Made by a program: the position numbers and the translations under genes. The notes beneath the pieces are model-generated. The model was not told the origin of the DNA. It searched no databases and saw only the letters and a list, made by a program, of their open reading frames with translations. From Moniliella sp. 'wahieum' (Eukaryota), in NCBI GenBank assembly GCA_003971905.1, contig RSEE01000075.1, positions 186,001-250,000 on the forward strand: a stretch of 64,000 nt of DNA. The letters run 5' to 3'. Numbering within the stretch: position 1 is the stretch's first letter; each line of letters starts with the position of its first letter. This document shows positions 50,655-64,000 of this stretch, piece by piece.

Positions 50655-52211
50655 TCACCTGACCTCAGGCCTCACTACTGGCGGCCAGGGAGGAACTCCA
50701 GGCCAAGGGGAAAGGGCGACCCCAAGCAAGTATGCGTGTGCAGTCATTGTGAGTTGTAGCGAGACAGCAGAGAGAAAAAATGGGAAAAGAAATGAAGCAA
50801 GCTGGTGGAAGAGCAGCTGGAGCAGAAGGGGGAAGAGGGCATGGCAGCGGGCTGGGCTGGGCTTCTTGCATCGGGGCGCACTACCTGCATGCGAGCAGTC
50901 TGGGGGTGTGCACAGGGCCAGACCGAGGGAAAGAGACCGAACACTGGGCAGGTTGGCACACTCGGCACATTCATGCATGAGTGGAGTGCGAGGTGGAGGT
51001 AGTGGTAGTGGTAGTAGTAGTGCTGGAGTGCACATAGGGGACTTTGCGACCACTGACCCCGGGCCGTGCATAGGAGTCGGGGCGGGGATGACCTTGGCCG
51101 AGTGGGAGCAACTTGGAAGAAGGAGAGAGACTGGTTTGGCCTTGCCGTTGGGGTTCCATCATCGACGACGCGGGCGCGAGCCCAAGCAAGACGAGGGGGG
51201 CACCGCTGCGCTAGTGGTGGTCACTTGGCGAGGCAGGGAAGAACGGCCGATCCGGGCGGGAGCACCGTGAAGGTTGGTACCCCGAGAAGTGGGCATGCTC
51301 GCCCGCGGGCCTGCCCTTAGTCCGCGGGTCAAAGGCAAGGTGCGCCCTTGCTCTGTGGCCAGCGCGTCCTCCTGCGCTTGATGCATCCGCGCACGACGAT
51401 CAAGTTCCGCGGCAAACAGGCGCTTGGGCTTGAAGCGCGGATTCGCCCTCGGGTCCAACTTGGGACGTTTCATTGCGCCCGCACGCTCGCCCGGCCTGCC
51501 CAACGGATCGCCCCTTGTATCCTCCTCCTCTTCCTCCGAGGAGGTCAGATCTTCTTCGGTTGAATCTTCGGGATCCAAGTACGTCACGCGCTGCCCACGG
51601 CTGTCAGGGGAGAATGAGTTAGCAAGGAAAGGTGCCAAGCAGAGGTGGGGGGGTAAGGTAGAACCCACAATACGTAGGTCATTTTGCCCGTTCGATGATG
51701 GGCTGCTTTTTGGATAGGTGGAGCGGGTGCGAGCCGTCTGCTGTACGTTTTGTGCCCACCTGCGGGCGAGAAGGCATGTGCTGCGACGATCGAGGCAAGG
51801 TCGCCCCCAGGGGGGACGTGTTAGCAGTGCTGGTTGTGCTTGACGACGAGGCAAAGGGGTTGGACGGGCTGAATCGGCGAAAGGGAAGGCGAGTGCAGAG
51901 AGGGCGGGCCACGAGAGAGTCCGCTCCGATTCCTGCTCGGTTTCGTCATCGCTCGAAGCGAAGCCCTTGCGCTCATCGCCACTGGAATAGACCCCTTGCT
52001 CCTCGTCGGCCCACGTGTGGTCGGAAGAGGGGTTGAAGACCAGGCCGCCGTACGGGCTGCGAGGGCAGGACCAGAGGGGGGTTGGCGCGCATCGGCGGCG
52101 ATTGGGGCGGCACTTGGCTCGATGGTGCGGGCCAGCTCCTGGCTGTCGGCGGGGTGGGGACGCCATGGGGGGGGACGAGGGCGCCGGAGGAGGGCGGGGC
52201 GCGGAGTACAT
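50655..52211 (-). CDS. Hypothetical low-complexity protein (ends approximate)
   Basis: ATG at 52211 after a pyrimidine-rich leader. Acidic and basic tracts (DPEDSTEEDLTSSEEEEED, KRPKLDPRANPRFKPKRLF). Probable intron ~51605-51677. Confidence 0.5.
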
Positions 52212-53318
52212 GGCGCAGGGGGGCGGGGCGGGGAGGAGGACGAGAGGGGGTCGGCTGGGGGAGGATGGAGGAGGATGGCCTCTGTCCGCCCCAGCACCGG
52301 CCAGCGCCCACCTGCTCCCGCCTGCAGCCCGCCAGCGCCTGGGGACGCGACGCGGATCCACATCTGGGACTCGGAACCAGGCACACTGGCCCTGTGCGCG
52401 CCCGCGCACAGACGCGTCGGCTGCTGCCCAGTGAAAATTCCGAATCGCAGACGCAGTGCCGCGCGATCGGGAGCTGGCACGGGGGCAGTGCCACGCCTTT
52501 TCTCGCGCAACCCGCGTGCTTGGTTCAACGTTCAGGCGTTCAGGTCCGCCTGCCGCCCACATCCCGAGTTCCATCCGCCGCGTGCAACCGCAACCGCCTC
52601 CGGCACCACCACGGCCACCGCCACGGCCACCACCACCGCCTGCGCGTCGGCCGCACCCACCACACACCTCGTGGGGACAGGTGCCCCGCGGCGGCCCACG
52701 CAGGCAACCCTGCCCATGGACGACACGATGCGCCCCGAGGCGGCTCGGCGTGCAGCGGCCGGCAACTGTCACCGCTTGATCACACGCGCTGGCACGGCGC
52801 GACTCGCGTGCGCACGCACGCTCCAGGTAGGGTTGTCGCGTTCGAGTTATTGCGAGCCCCGGTTGGCATCCAGCCATCCGCGCGGGGGGGCAGTCTACCA
52901 CGCATCGCATCAGTCGGGGCACGGGGCAGTGCAGCTGTGTTGACCGTTTCTTCTAGCTCGGCCAGTCTTCTGCCGCCGCGGCGCATCCGTGGGGTACATA
53001 ACCCCCTTCGCTCCAGCCCCACCTCCTTGCCGTCCCGGTGAAGGAGGAGGGATTTGCTGCGTCCCATGCGCACCCTTGCTCCTGGTGTGCGCCAACGCAA
53101 GCGGGGGGGCTGTCGTCAGTGGAAACAGCATTGTCCGCGCGTCCTTTTCCTGTGCCTTTTTGCAATCGAGGTCTCTTCTACTGAACTGCATCCTGGGTTA
53201 CCATCCTGGGTTACCTTCTTCCCCATCTAGGAACTACGTCTCCGCCGGTTCTCCTCCCAGCCCGTCCTCCTGCCCAAGGCAAGGAAGGTGTGGATGGGTA
53301 AACCATTTTATTTTGCTA

Positions 53319-56300
53319 TTAGGATGCGCTCGCAAACAAGTCTTGGAGCTTGGTGGGAACGTAGTCCCCCGCCGCCTCGAGCCTCCAGACCACATTGTCC
53401 AGCACATAGAACGTGGTGCCTCGCTTGCCGTCCAGACTGCGCGCCAGGCGGTAGAGCGTCTGGCCGCTTTTCGGCTCGGTCTGGTGCAGGGGCAGCACCA
53501 GCAAGTCCGCTTCGGCTGCCTGTTGCTCGACCAAGTGACGGAACGACAGTTCCTCCTCCTCCCGGGCCGGGCGAGGCGGGGGCGCCGGCGCGCGCGGTGC
53601 GCGTGGCGCCGAGGGTTTGGCCGGTTTGGTTTCCCCGCCCACAGGCGAGGTAGGCTAGTGCGATCGCCTTGTTCCTCCAAGTCCATTGCGCGATCGATGA
53701 GCTGGAGAGCGGCGTGGGTACCGGACCGAACGGAGGCCAAGTTCGCCACGGGTTCCAGCACACTTTTCCACCAGCTGAACCGTCCCCTACTTCGTTCAGC
53801 TCGCTTGGGGCTGGACAAGCCAGGCATGCAGCACTGTGAGCCAAGGCGGGAAGACATACTCCCACAGCCGCTCGGCATCTTCCCGAGCCAACTCGGGCGT
53901 CCATGCCAACAAGGCATCTAGCAATCCCATGTCCTGCTGCGAAGGGTCGATGCGTAGCTCGGTCTTGAGCGCACGCCGCAGCGTGGCGACGACCGTGTTG
54001 TGGGTCAAGCGTGCCCATTCGTTCTTGCCAAACACATGGCGCCACGCGCTGATGCCCTCCATCGGAGGCGACGGGGGACGCCAGGCACGCGCAGCGCATG
54101 CACCACGTGCCTCGAACTTGTCAACAGTGTCCGTCCCGGCGCCAAGGGAGCCAGGGGAAGACAACAAGATGCAATGCGGGCAGAGTCGAAGGCTGGCTTG
54201 GCCCCCACCTCGCCCAGGTTTCTCCTTGTAGGATTCGACAAACCGAAGCACCTTGGGCACCACCAATTGTTCCATCACATTGTCCCGGATGAACCGAGGC
54301 CAGACGCGCGCCCATGCTTCCACCAGAGTCACTGCCGGGTGCGCATCTTTGGAGACCATTCGTTGTTGAGCACGGAGCGGATGCGGGGCATGATGATGTG
54401 CCACAACATGGCCTCGTACGGTGTCATGACCCGGTTGCCCGTGTCTTCTTCGTCCTCGTCCCTCCGTAGGAGCGCAGACCAAGACGCCTCATCGACAAAC
54501 TGATCTGGCTGTTCAGAGGGGACCATGCCTGGACCAATCGGCGCAGCAGCGGCGCCACCGCTCCCACCACAGCTTCGTCCAGTCCGCTCACGGACGTCAC
54601 CCCGATTCAGGGACATGAGCTCAGCAAGCAGCGGGTCAAACACGCTCAGGCCTGCCCCAGGCTGCTGCAGTGACACTTGCGCCACCTGCTCCAACCGATC
54701 CAGAAGGCCCTACTACCTGCTGCAAACCGCGCAACTTGGGCTTGTTCGGCATCGAGGATGCGCTGGTGGGCTTGCAAGTCGCGCTGGGTGAATTTGGTGC
54801 GGGCTTGGAGGTCGGCGCCTTGGCGCGCAAGCTCATGCACCTGACCTTCCGTCTGCACGGCCAACTGAGCCATATTGTTGACCAGCTCCGGAATGTAGAC
54901 CCCTTGGGCCTCGCTTGACGGTACGCCAGCTAGGGCGTGGCCGGCCAATGCATCCGCCACGGACGATACCACTTTTTGCTCCCGTCCCGTTGCATCGATC
55001 ACCGGCCCACTCGTGCTCGACGGCACAGCACCAGCCTGGTCGATCAGTTCCTCATAGGTGCCATATGCGACTTTGCGACGCGGTTGTTTTCGTTTCCAAG
55101 CAGGCGGCTGAGACGAAGCGGCCTTAGGCTGGGCTTGGGCACGGGTTTTTGCTTGGGCCCGCGGGCCTGCCTCCTCGTCCAGATCGACCAGCTGACCGCG
55201 CCGTTGCGCCTCGGCCCGATTCTGCGCCGTCATCTCTTTCCGTCCCCCATAGCCCATCCCTGCACGTTCGGGACGCAATTGAACATCAATCGGGGCTTGG
55301 ATCCCTTGGCCTTCCTTGCCCAACCCACCGCCCGACCAGCCCATCTTGGAAAGCATCTCCGCCGCATTGAACCCGCTCGAGGTGGCAAGCTTGATCGACG
55401 TGCCGTATTGCGTTTGGTTGCTAGCTGCCGTGCCGTTGGCGCGTCGAGACGGCGCGCCCCGCCGCGACGCAGAGGCGGGCGGAAGCAGAGGTGGAAGTGG
55501 AAGTGGAAGTGGAAGCAGAGGTGGAGCCAAGGCCGAACGTCTGCCGCCCGGCCAGCCGCGAGGAGGCAGAAGCCGGGGGCGCGGAAGTGGCAGTGGAGGA
55601 AAAGGAGGTGGGCAGGCCAACGGGGGCGTGGGTGGTGGGCCAGGGGGCGGAGGGCGGGGCGGGTTGGAAGAGGAAGGAACAGCCGTTGTCCCCCTGAGGC
55701 AGGGCGGCGGCTGCTGTCACGTCCTTGGTGACCGAAGCGACAAAGGAGGGTGTGGACGAGGTCGAGGCCGAGGCGGACCCCAAGCCCGGTCGGGCACCCA
55801 AGCCCGGTCGGGGTGCTGGGCTGTCCTGCTCGACACTGGGTCGGGAGGCAGTAACAAAGGAAGGTGTGGAAGAAGACGCTGTGTCGAGACAAAGGTCGGG
55901 GCAGAGGAGTTGAGGCTGAGCCGGGCGCGTGCGGCGCCCAAGCCCGCGCGAGCCGGCGGCTCATCCCATTCGTCTGCGTCCGCATCGGCGTCCGAGGCGG
56001 CTGTGCCCAGGCCAGCGTGCCGTTTGCGGACCCCGTGCTCGTCGCGGTGGGTAACGATGCCGAGGGAGACAAAGCCGCCCTGCTGCCGCTCGTGCTCGGC
56101 TTGGGCAAAGGCCGACGTGGGGCCGCCGTCAAGACCGGGGCGGCCAAAGGCAGGGCGCAGGACAGACTCGTCCTCGGCGTCAGGCGCAGCGATGGGCATC
56201 TCATCCGGCTCCTGGAGCTCTTCAGGCTGGTGGGGCGCGTCGGACACGGCAGGTGCGGCAGGGGCCGAGGCGGGGACAAAGGCGGCGGGCGCTGGGTGCG

Positions 56301-56484
56301 GCGGGCAGTGGTGCGGGGCGAGGGGCGGGGCTGTCGTCGTCGTCGGCAAAGATGCCGTAGAGGGCGTGGTCGCGGCGGCTGATGCGGCTGCGCTTGGCGC
56401 GCGGCGTGTCGGGGTCGGTGGCGGGGTCGAAGGCGTCGACGAGTCGGAGGAGTAGTCGGCGGCACCGCCCTTGCGTCGCGCCAT
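53319..56484 (-). CDS. TFIP11: Spliceosome disassembly factor TFIP11/Ntr1/Spp382 (G-patch plus GCFC domain)
   Basis: MARRK start; G-patch AAEMLSKMGWSGGGLGKEGQGIQAPIDVQLRPERAGMGYG; MTPYEAMLWHIIMPRIRSVLNNEWSP; FIRDNVMEQLVVPK; LSFRHLVEQQAAEADLL..GQTLYRL. Confidence 0.9.
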
Positions 56485-56891
56485 CGCAGTGGTTGCCTCT
56501 CGCTCGCCGCCGCAGCCCGATGGCGCCGCCTATTTTTGCCCCCACGAGCCCCCGCCAGTCCCGTGACCATCGGTGCAATGCCCCTGCGGTAGTCCCGTGA
56601 CCAGTGACCGTCGGTGCAACAACCGGGGTACTATGTACTGATGCATGATGCAACCGATGCTGCCGACCATGCTATGGTGCCCCGCCCTCGACCTCATCCC
56701 CAGGAGACGGCCTGGTCTACGCCCCGCGACTATGGAGGCTGGCGTCTGCTCTGGCTATACCCCTACGCGTATGTCGCCGGAACAAATGTGGGTGCCACTC
56801 GGGTTCTGAGGGGCCGCGGCCACCGGTAAAGTGGCCACAGGCTGGATTAGCAAGACATACATAGCAGTACAGCGAGAAAGATGGGTGGACT

Positions 56892-58458
56892 CTAAGCGAC
56901 TTTGACCCTCTTCGACGTTGGCGCATCTTCCGAGGGGGACACGGACGCTTCACCAGCAGCATGCTCAACTGGCTGCGCTTGCTCTGATGCCACGTTTTCT
57001 GGCGGCCAGGATTTCCCCTCGAGCAAGGCCCGCGTCTTGTCGCGGTACGCGGCTAACATCAAACCCGGGCCCGAATCGGGCGGAAGGTAGCGGAGGTAGG
57101 GCTGGGCAAGCCAATGCGCCACATACGCCGGCCTTGGTTCGGAAGTGGGGGTAATGTGTTGGTACAGTTCCAGCGGAAGGACCCCCGCCTTGACAGGCCG
57201 GTTGCAGGGCAAGGGTTCCGAACCGCTTCTCACTGGCTTCGGATGGGGCAGGCACCGCGCAACTTCCTCGTGCGACTTGACAAACGAGGTGGGATGGCTC
57301 TCATCTTCCTTGAGCTTGGCCTCCAATTCGTCCACCACTTCCACCAGCTCTTTCGTCCGCTCTTCGCCTTCCTTCTCCGGGCGGAAATTGGCGCTGCCCA
57401 GACGGGGCGCAGTTCGGGATGCTTGGACAGCGCCGCATAGAGCATTCGGAACATGTGTCCTCGCACAGCCGCACCCGACGTGGGGTCTTGAGCGTAGCCA
57501 GGATGGTAAGGTACTCCCGTGCCAGAGCAATCACGTGCGGGTGGGTAGGGGTCGGGGCGAGGATGTGAGGTTGAGGGGTAGGGGCAGGGAGTTGGGTGGC
57601 AAAATGGCGGGGTTGGCCAGGTGGCCATCGGCGCCATGATGGCGTCGGCGCCGGTCGCTTTCAAGGCGTCGTCCATGTCCTGGGGGAGGAGGATGTTCCC
57701 ATTGGCAATGACGGGTACGCTGACGCTCTGCTTGACAAGACGAATCTGGTCCCAGTCCGCCAAGCCGGCTGCTGCGCTCGCATCTCCCTCGTACGGCCAT
57801 GGACAGTGATGATCTGTGCACCGGCACGCTCGAGCATCCGCGCGTACGCCACCGTCCGCTCCGGGTCCGGAAAGACACGCATCTTGGCCGTGACGGGAAC
57901 CTTGCATCGACGATGGAGCGTGTTGACCAATTGGAAAATCAGCGGCCATTCGTCCTGCAGAAAGGAGCCATAGTGGCCCTTTTTGGCAATGCCCTGCGGA
58001 CAGCCCAAATTCAGGTCGACCGCATCGCACTTGTCGGCCAAGTCATTGGCAGCAGCCAGCAGCAGCTCTGGGTCGTCTCCGCAGAACTGGATCACCAAGG
58101 GCCGGTCTGTGTCAGGACGAGAATTGCCGAGGTCAACCAGGCTTGCGCCTTCTTCGCCGAGGCGCTGGTTGAAGGCGCTTTCGCGGAACTTGGCCTTGCC
58201 TGGGTCGGCGGCAGCATACATGCGGGAGTGGATCATGGGCGTGTAGCACAGGTCTGCGCCGTGGCGGCGGGCAAGAACACGCCAAGCAAGTTCGCTTCCA
58301 TCCACCATTGGCGCAACAATCTTCTTTGGCTCGCCCAGCGCACGCCACAGGTCCCAGGAGGCGAGTTTGGGCTCTGGCTCGCCCGTGGGCGGGAAGGCAG
58401 AGAGGGGCAGGATGGTGGAGAGGCGGCGGGTGAGGCGGGGCCTTGTGTTTGCGGCCAT
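56892..58458 (-). CDS. DUS1: tRNA-dihydrouridine(16/17) synthase
   Basis: KIVAPMVDGSELAWR..DLCYTPMIHSR..DRPLVIQFCGDDP..DAVDLNLGCPQGIAKKGHYGSFLQDEW..ITVHGRTRE..VPVIANGNI. Confidence 0.95.
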
Positions 58459-58813
58459 GGCGGGGGAAGGGGTGGGGTGGAGGGGCTAGGCGAGGACAGG
58501 CGGGAGGGGCTGGTTGGGGGCCACGCGGGTGGTATTGTTTGCTGTTTTGCGGCAGGGCGGACTTGCTCAGGCTGGCCCAGCCTTGGAAAAAAGGGCCAAA
58601 ATAGAGGGACAGGCCGCGTTTTTTTTTCTCTGTTTCTTTTTTCATTGTTTTTGTGTCTGTTTTGTTGAGTGGAACCAGACAGCCCAGGCAGCGCACGGGC
58701 GGCAGAGCAGCTGGCGTCGTCGCCGCGTCGATGAGATCATCCGTCGGTGGCTGATGGACCGCGCCCACGCTCGGAGGCGATGCGATCGATGCTGCATGGC
58801 AGCCGCGCTGGAG

Positions 58814-61800
58814 ATGATGCCCAGCACGTCCAACCGCATCAACGACGACACGACCACCACCACCACCCGCCGCCACCGCGCGCACCACAGCCGCATCGCA
58901 CACCGCCACCACACTGGAGAGAGCGTGGTGACTTGGTAGCACGCCGGCGCAGCGTCACGTCCCCCAATCGCCCCTGCCTCCCTTGCCCCCCCCCCACCAC
59001 CAGCACGCGCCATGGCTGCCTGTCCTTCGCCCGAGTCGCTGCCCCATTCACGCCTGATGCGTCCACACCGCCTCGCCGCCCGCCCCCGCTCCGCCTCCCT
59101 CCGTCCGCCGCATGCGTCCCCGCCCGCCCCCCCCGCTCCCGCCCCTCCTCCACCCCCACACGCCGCAGCCAACGACGCGCCCAGATCGCCGGCCACATCC
59201 ACCGCGCCCACCCGGCTTCGCTCCCCTCCCTCCCAAGCCCACCCATCTCTCCCCCGCCCCTCCCCCATCCGAGCCACAACACGCGTCTGAAACCATCTTT
59301 GTCCCCACGTCCGAGAGGGACGACGATGAGATCGACCCACTCATCGCCTTCTCCAGCCCCATGTCCAACCCATTCAATTGTCGGCAGAGCCGGATCTACC
59401 AGCCCCCAGCCCTCATCGCTCTTCTCTCTTCAGCACTGCCACCCCGCACACTCCAGCAGCGGCAATGCGGTGGCTCCTACCAGCCCTCTTGGCTCCAGCC
59501 CTACCTCCTCTCCCCCCGGCCACATGTACAGAACACACACCCCCTCCTATACGCAGCACTCCCACCAAACCTGGTCTGCCATCCAAAACGCTGTTGAGTC
59601 GTTCGCGAAAGCGCGCCATGCCACCCCGCTCTACTACCACCGCATCTCACCCTCGCCCCTTGCCAGGTTCTTTCCGCCGAGCTGGCCTATCCCCGCCCCT
59701 GCCGCCTCCCCTGCCATGAAACGTGCGGCGCCTCCCCGGACCCCGACGTGCCTTACCCGCCGTCGTCTCCGAGCCAGAGAATGCAGTCCGCGCGCAAGGC
59801 GCGTGCGTCGTCCAAGTTGCTCTTGCCTGATATGGTGCCAGAGACCTCGGCCGAGGCATCCCGTCCGCCGATCCGCCTCCCGCGCCCCTCATCTACCCCC
59901 AGGCGTTTCCCGCGGTGCCCATCGATGCGGGCGGGGAGGCAGACACGAGCGAGGCAGAGAGTGCGAAAGGGTGGACGCATCGGTGTACTCCCATGCGGCG
60001 CCGTCTCCTACCCCCGCCAAGAGGAAGAAAAGCATGCTCATGTCCTTGGCCAAAGGCAGAAAACTCCAAGGCGTCGCAAAACAGCGGATCCCCCTTTGGT
60101 CACGCTGGCAGCCGCGGTCAAGACCGAGGCAGAATGGAAGAACCAACATGTTGACTTCAAATCGTCGCCCAAGGCTGAAGAAACCAGCCAGAAGCTTCAT
60201 CAACCCACTCATTTTTTCAAGGCACGCCTCTCCGACACCGCTGGGCATATCAGCACAGATAATTCCTTGTTAGAGAGGTCATCGGGAAGCACCCTTACTT
60301 CCATTCCTTCCTCTTTTTGGGACAACAGTCTCCGTCTCCCTCCTCAAGCGCCAATCAAGCCTGTCGATAAGCTTCTTGACACCACCCAACCCCCCCTGGA
60401 GGGAAAGGAAGTGATTCTGCCACCGCGGAAGCCGAAATGGGAGAGCAACTACCACCAGTTTGCCCAAGGAATCCTCCCCCTTCGCGTCCCATCCTCGGCA
60501 GGCGAAGCTGAGGCGGGGCTGGGCCTCCTGAGTGAGGACACGAGTTCACTTAGTGATCCCTCCGACGAGGCTTCGCCCGCTCATCTTCAACGAACCTATG
60601 CACGCAAGAAGACTCCTGTCTAGTGACAGCGAGGACGACGGCTTTGTTCTCCCCGCTTCCTTTTTGAAGAAGGCCGTCCCCAGTGTCAACCGCCCCAGCC
60701 CCCACCGCCGCCACACCTACTACGGGTGCATCGTTTTTGGAGGCTATGCGGGCTCGTGCCGCGGCCCAAAACGCGGCCCAACCGCCCCCCGCCACACCCT
60801 CTGCGGCCGACACGACAGAAGATCTGGTAGCCAGGTTCAAGGCCAGGCTGCAGCGCGTGTGGCTGCCCGAAGGGCAGGCCAACCCATCCCCATTGCACCC
60901 TCACCGGCCGTGCTCAACTCCTCGATCGATTGGTACTCGTCGCTCTACCGTCCCCGTCTGACTCCCTCCCAGACCCCCTCCACCCTGACCCAGCCCCAAA
61001 CCCAGCTCATCCAACTTTTGATCGGCTCTTGGCCCAGCGCCAAAAGGAACGCGCTGCTGGCACGAGCACCTCTGCCTGGACGAGTTTAGTGCCCGCGTCT
61101 TGGCGGACGTGGAATCTGGCGACACTTGGAGGACGAGAGCGTGCATGAGCCTCAGCGACAATCCGATTTAATGGCACGGCACCAAGAGCAGGCGCGCGCT
61201 TGGGTCCGAGCTTCCTATGACCGTTGGACCCATGTGGGCTCCACATTCAACGGTGCGATGGGTGAGCGGAGCGGACCAAGCTCCCCCAGTCCACCTCCAC
61301 TCTGCCGAACCTGAGGTAGGCAACGAGTCGATGGAAATGCGCGCTCTGCTGGCCGAAGTCAAAACTGCCTGTTCGCCCAAGCGCAGGCGCGGATCTGACT
61401 CTTCCTCCGATGCGGACGAGAGCAGTGTGGGCGAGAAGAAGTCCCGCCACGCAGCCGGGCCAAGAGGCGGACTACCAAACAACAAACGATGTGGATGTGG
61501 TCAAGTTGGTCCAGCAGGACGTAAAGCCGGTGGACCCGAATGCAGAATCGCCGAGGCAATTTTGGAAAAGCGCATGTTCTTTACGCCCCATCCTGTCTAC
61601 TTGCCCGATCATCTGCCGCCCTTGCCCGCACTGCAGATCACGGGCGGTGCTCAACATGAGTGGAATCAACTCAAGACGCATTCTTCTGGTATGTGGCATC
61701 TCCCTCTTGTCAGAATTGGTATTCTGACCCGCCCCTTCTCTCCTTTCTCTCGTTATTTTTGTCTACAGACCCAACGTTCTTGCAGCCTACCTCGAGATGG

Positions 61801-63055
61801 GCTTCCTGGCTCCCGACCGCCTCGCCCTGATGGACATTCCTGCTGCGAGCAAGTTGGGAGGCTGGCTTTTCTCGCTTAGCTTACTGGCACCGGATCCACT
61901 GGCTGTATCGGCAGCCAACTCGCTGCATCTGCTTGCGGTATCATCATCCGTGCCCGCACGGGAGGCGCTCATTCAAGGCGCGATCGACGCTCTACCCAGT
62001 GTTCTACTAGACTTGGGAGCAACGAAAGAGGTCATCACATTTACATTCCCGCATACTGTGGGTGGGCCAAACGCATGTCCCACACCGTCTTCTGTCCAGG
62101 ACAAAGGGACCGTGCTTACTCGCCCTGAGCGTACCATCCGCTTGGCCCGGGTGTTGGACATGGTGCAATGTGCGGCGCGATTGGGCCACCCGGCCTCCTG
62201 CAGGGTTGACTTGGCTGTGCTGTGCTTACGTCTGGGTATGGACCCATTCGAGGCGCCAATAGCCCGTTGCCGCGCTCTCTGCCAAGAGTTGGTCGACGGG
62301 CTACCGGCCAATGGCGCTACCAGGACAGGGATGAGCGCCGAGCAAGTTGACCTACTGCTTCGCCGTACCTCGCACTTCCTTTCCCTCTCCCCCTCACCGA
62401 GGTCTACTTTGCTGCTGTGCACTTGCTCCCAATCAGCTCGAATCAAGGCCGATCGATGACACGACGAGTGGCTGCGCGCTGCCTTTTGTCCGATACGGAC
62501 GACGCTTCTTGCGCATCCACCTGGGGTGCCAATACCGATCCCGATACCGATGCCGACGCCGTCACCGTGACGCGCCTGGCGATCCTGTCGGAGCAAGCGG
62601 CCCAAACCCACTCGCGCCTGGCAACCCTTATGCCTCCCAAGCGTCGGCCAACGAGCAGCCCGACTGGGCGCAGATCCGCGCCGCCGCGACCTTACCTCCT
62701 TTGTCGTGGGCGATGTAGCGGCGTTGCGCCCTGGTCCCAGCCGAGCCCTGCGCGCGCTGGCCTGCCCAAGTCTTCCGGTGCGCCGAGCATCTTGACCGAC
62801 CTTGCTCCGGCCGACACAGGCACGCAGGGCACACTACCCCTACCGGTTCCTGGGCCGGTTCCTGGGCCGGTGCCGGCGCAGCAGGCCGCACTCATCCGCC
62901 TCGAGGCCGCGCTCCGCTTACAGAGCGGAGGCATTACTGACAACAATGGGGCGGTGCTGGAAAAGTCGTTGGCGCGCGATGCGCTGCTTCGTACGTCGCT
63001 CCAGTTGCGGTACCTTTTGCGAGCAGTGGGCGCGACCCAGCGCGGCATCGTCTAG
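58814..63055 (+). CDS. Large hypothetical protein: long disordered N-terminus plus helical Leu-rich C-terminal region (fragmented by frameshifts)
   Basis: Chain of overlapping plus-strand ORFs. Canonical intron GTATGT..CTGAC..TACAG at ~61689-61768. Divergent from DUS1. Confidence 0.55.
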
Positions 63056-63555
63056 CCATTTGGGCCTGTTGGTGCACTGTGCACTTCTACTTGGCCGGCT
63101 TGGTTCATGAAGACGATGAGGAGAGCGCTGCTGCTGCAGCAGTACTACCTCTCTTACATCCTGCTCCCGTTTCCTCATCCCCCTGGCAATGGGAATTGGG
63201 TGTTGCCATGCACACACGTAGCGGTCTGGAATGGTTGTGTCGGTAAAAGACAGAGGGAGATGATGGATACTCTGTGGGTTACACAAAAGAAGGAACAAGC
63301 CCCCCCCACCCATGGTCGCAGGAAGTAAGTGGACAGGCCGATAAGGTTACTCGAGAAAGAGAAACTAAGTGCCCATGGATGCAGATGATTCATCAGTCCG
63401 ACATTTAATTGCAGCAGCCAAGCGTGGCCCATGAATCACACAGTCCCTTCACGGAGGAGAGGTGGGATCCGACCTGGTCAGTGAGGAGTGAGGAAGCAAC
63501 TAGGAAGCAGTCGTCCATACACGGATTTGCCCGCGATGCTTGGCGCCCGAGTCGT

Positions 63556-64000
63556 CTATTTGCTGTAGGCATAACGTACAACATATGCAATCATGGCATT
63601 GGGGCAAAGATGATCGATGAGGGTGGATATCAACAGATGCAGTGAGATGGATGCCGGAGTGGGAAGGGAAAGAGGGAGCGTACTGCCGAGCTCAGCGTTA
63701 ACTGCTGAAAGGGACCAGGCGCCGCAGAGCTCCGACCCAGCTAGGTTGCGCTCGATCTGAGCGGCTCCCTTGACCTTGTTACCATTCTCGTCGGTCGAGC
63801 CCGACATGACCGACTTGTTCTCAATCGAGCGGCGCACGAGGTACGGCATCACCAGGTTGAGCGGGCCATAGGGGATGTACTTGAGCACCATATGGGGTCC
63901 AGCGCCTCCCGAGTAAGGGTCAAACGCAAGCTGCAGGCGACGGGTCAGGCCATCTGCCATGCCGAGAAGTTGGCCAAACACAATCCGACCGCGGATGTGC
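63556..64000 (-). CDS. PUT1: Proline dehydrogenase, C-terminal part (5' end outside window; true stop uncertain)
   Basis: FGQLLGMADGLT..VLKYIPYGPLNLVMPYLVRRSIENKSVM. Confidence 0.92.
   Translation of the reverse strand, partial: HIRGRIVFGQLLGMADGLTRRLQLAFDPYSGGAGPHMVLKYIPYGPLNLVMPYLVRRSIENKSVMSGSTDENGNKVKGAAQIERNLAGSELCGAWSLSAVNAELGSTLPLSLPTPASISLHLLISTLIDHLCPNAMIAYVVRYAYSK

Noticed and set aside
51159..56570. Long overlapping and antisense ORFs (e.g. 587 aa at 51159-52922, 446 aa at 55230-56570, 229 aa antisense to RPS5)
   Set aside because: Shadow ORFs expected from high GC and codon bias. They show Arg/Pro/Ala-rich composition without motifs.

Overview
GC-rich eukaryotic DNA, almost certainly a basidiomycete fungus: short GT..AG introns, compact genes, probably Ustilaginomycotina-like, though the taxon is an inference. 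The consensus is noisy, with single-base indels breaking even RPS5, so most gene boundaries are approximate. The first 14.4 kb is accessory. It holds two tandem paralogs of an unusual HeH/Rho_N-like + F-box + PQQ-type beta-propeller gene, a solo LTR with a 5-bp TSD, and a young full-length Ty3/gypsy chromovirus (7833-14397, minus strand). That element's PBS is perfectly complementary (14 nt) to a sequence about 40 nt downstream of its own LTR TATA box, the signature of Tf1-type self-primed reverse transcription. The rest is mostly housekeeping genes: transketolase-like, Skt5/Chs4-like Sel1 protein, HMG-box factor, nitrilase, RPS5, MetR/CYS-3-like bZIP, LIS1, two membrane proteins, RHO2, TFIP11, DUS1, two hypotheticals and the 3' end of PUT1. 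Two gene-poor degenerate islands (about 22.4-29.6 kb and 39-42 kb) interrupt them, and the first contains a candidate structured RNA. Intergenic spacers repeatedly carry CTGA/TCAG clusters and (TTCAAGC)n micro-arrays.
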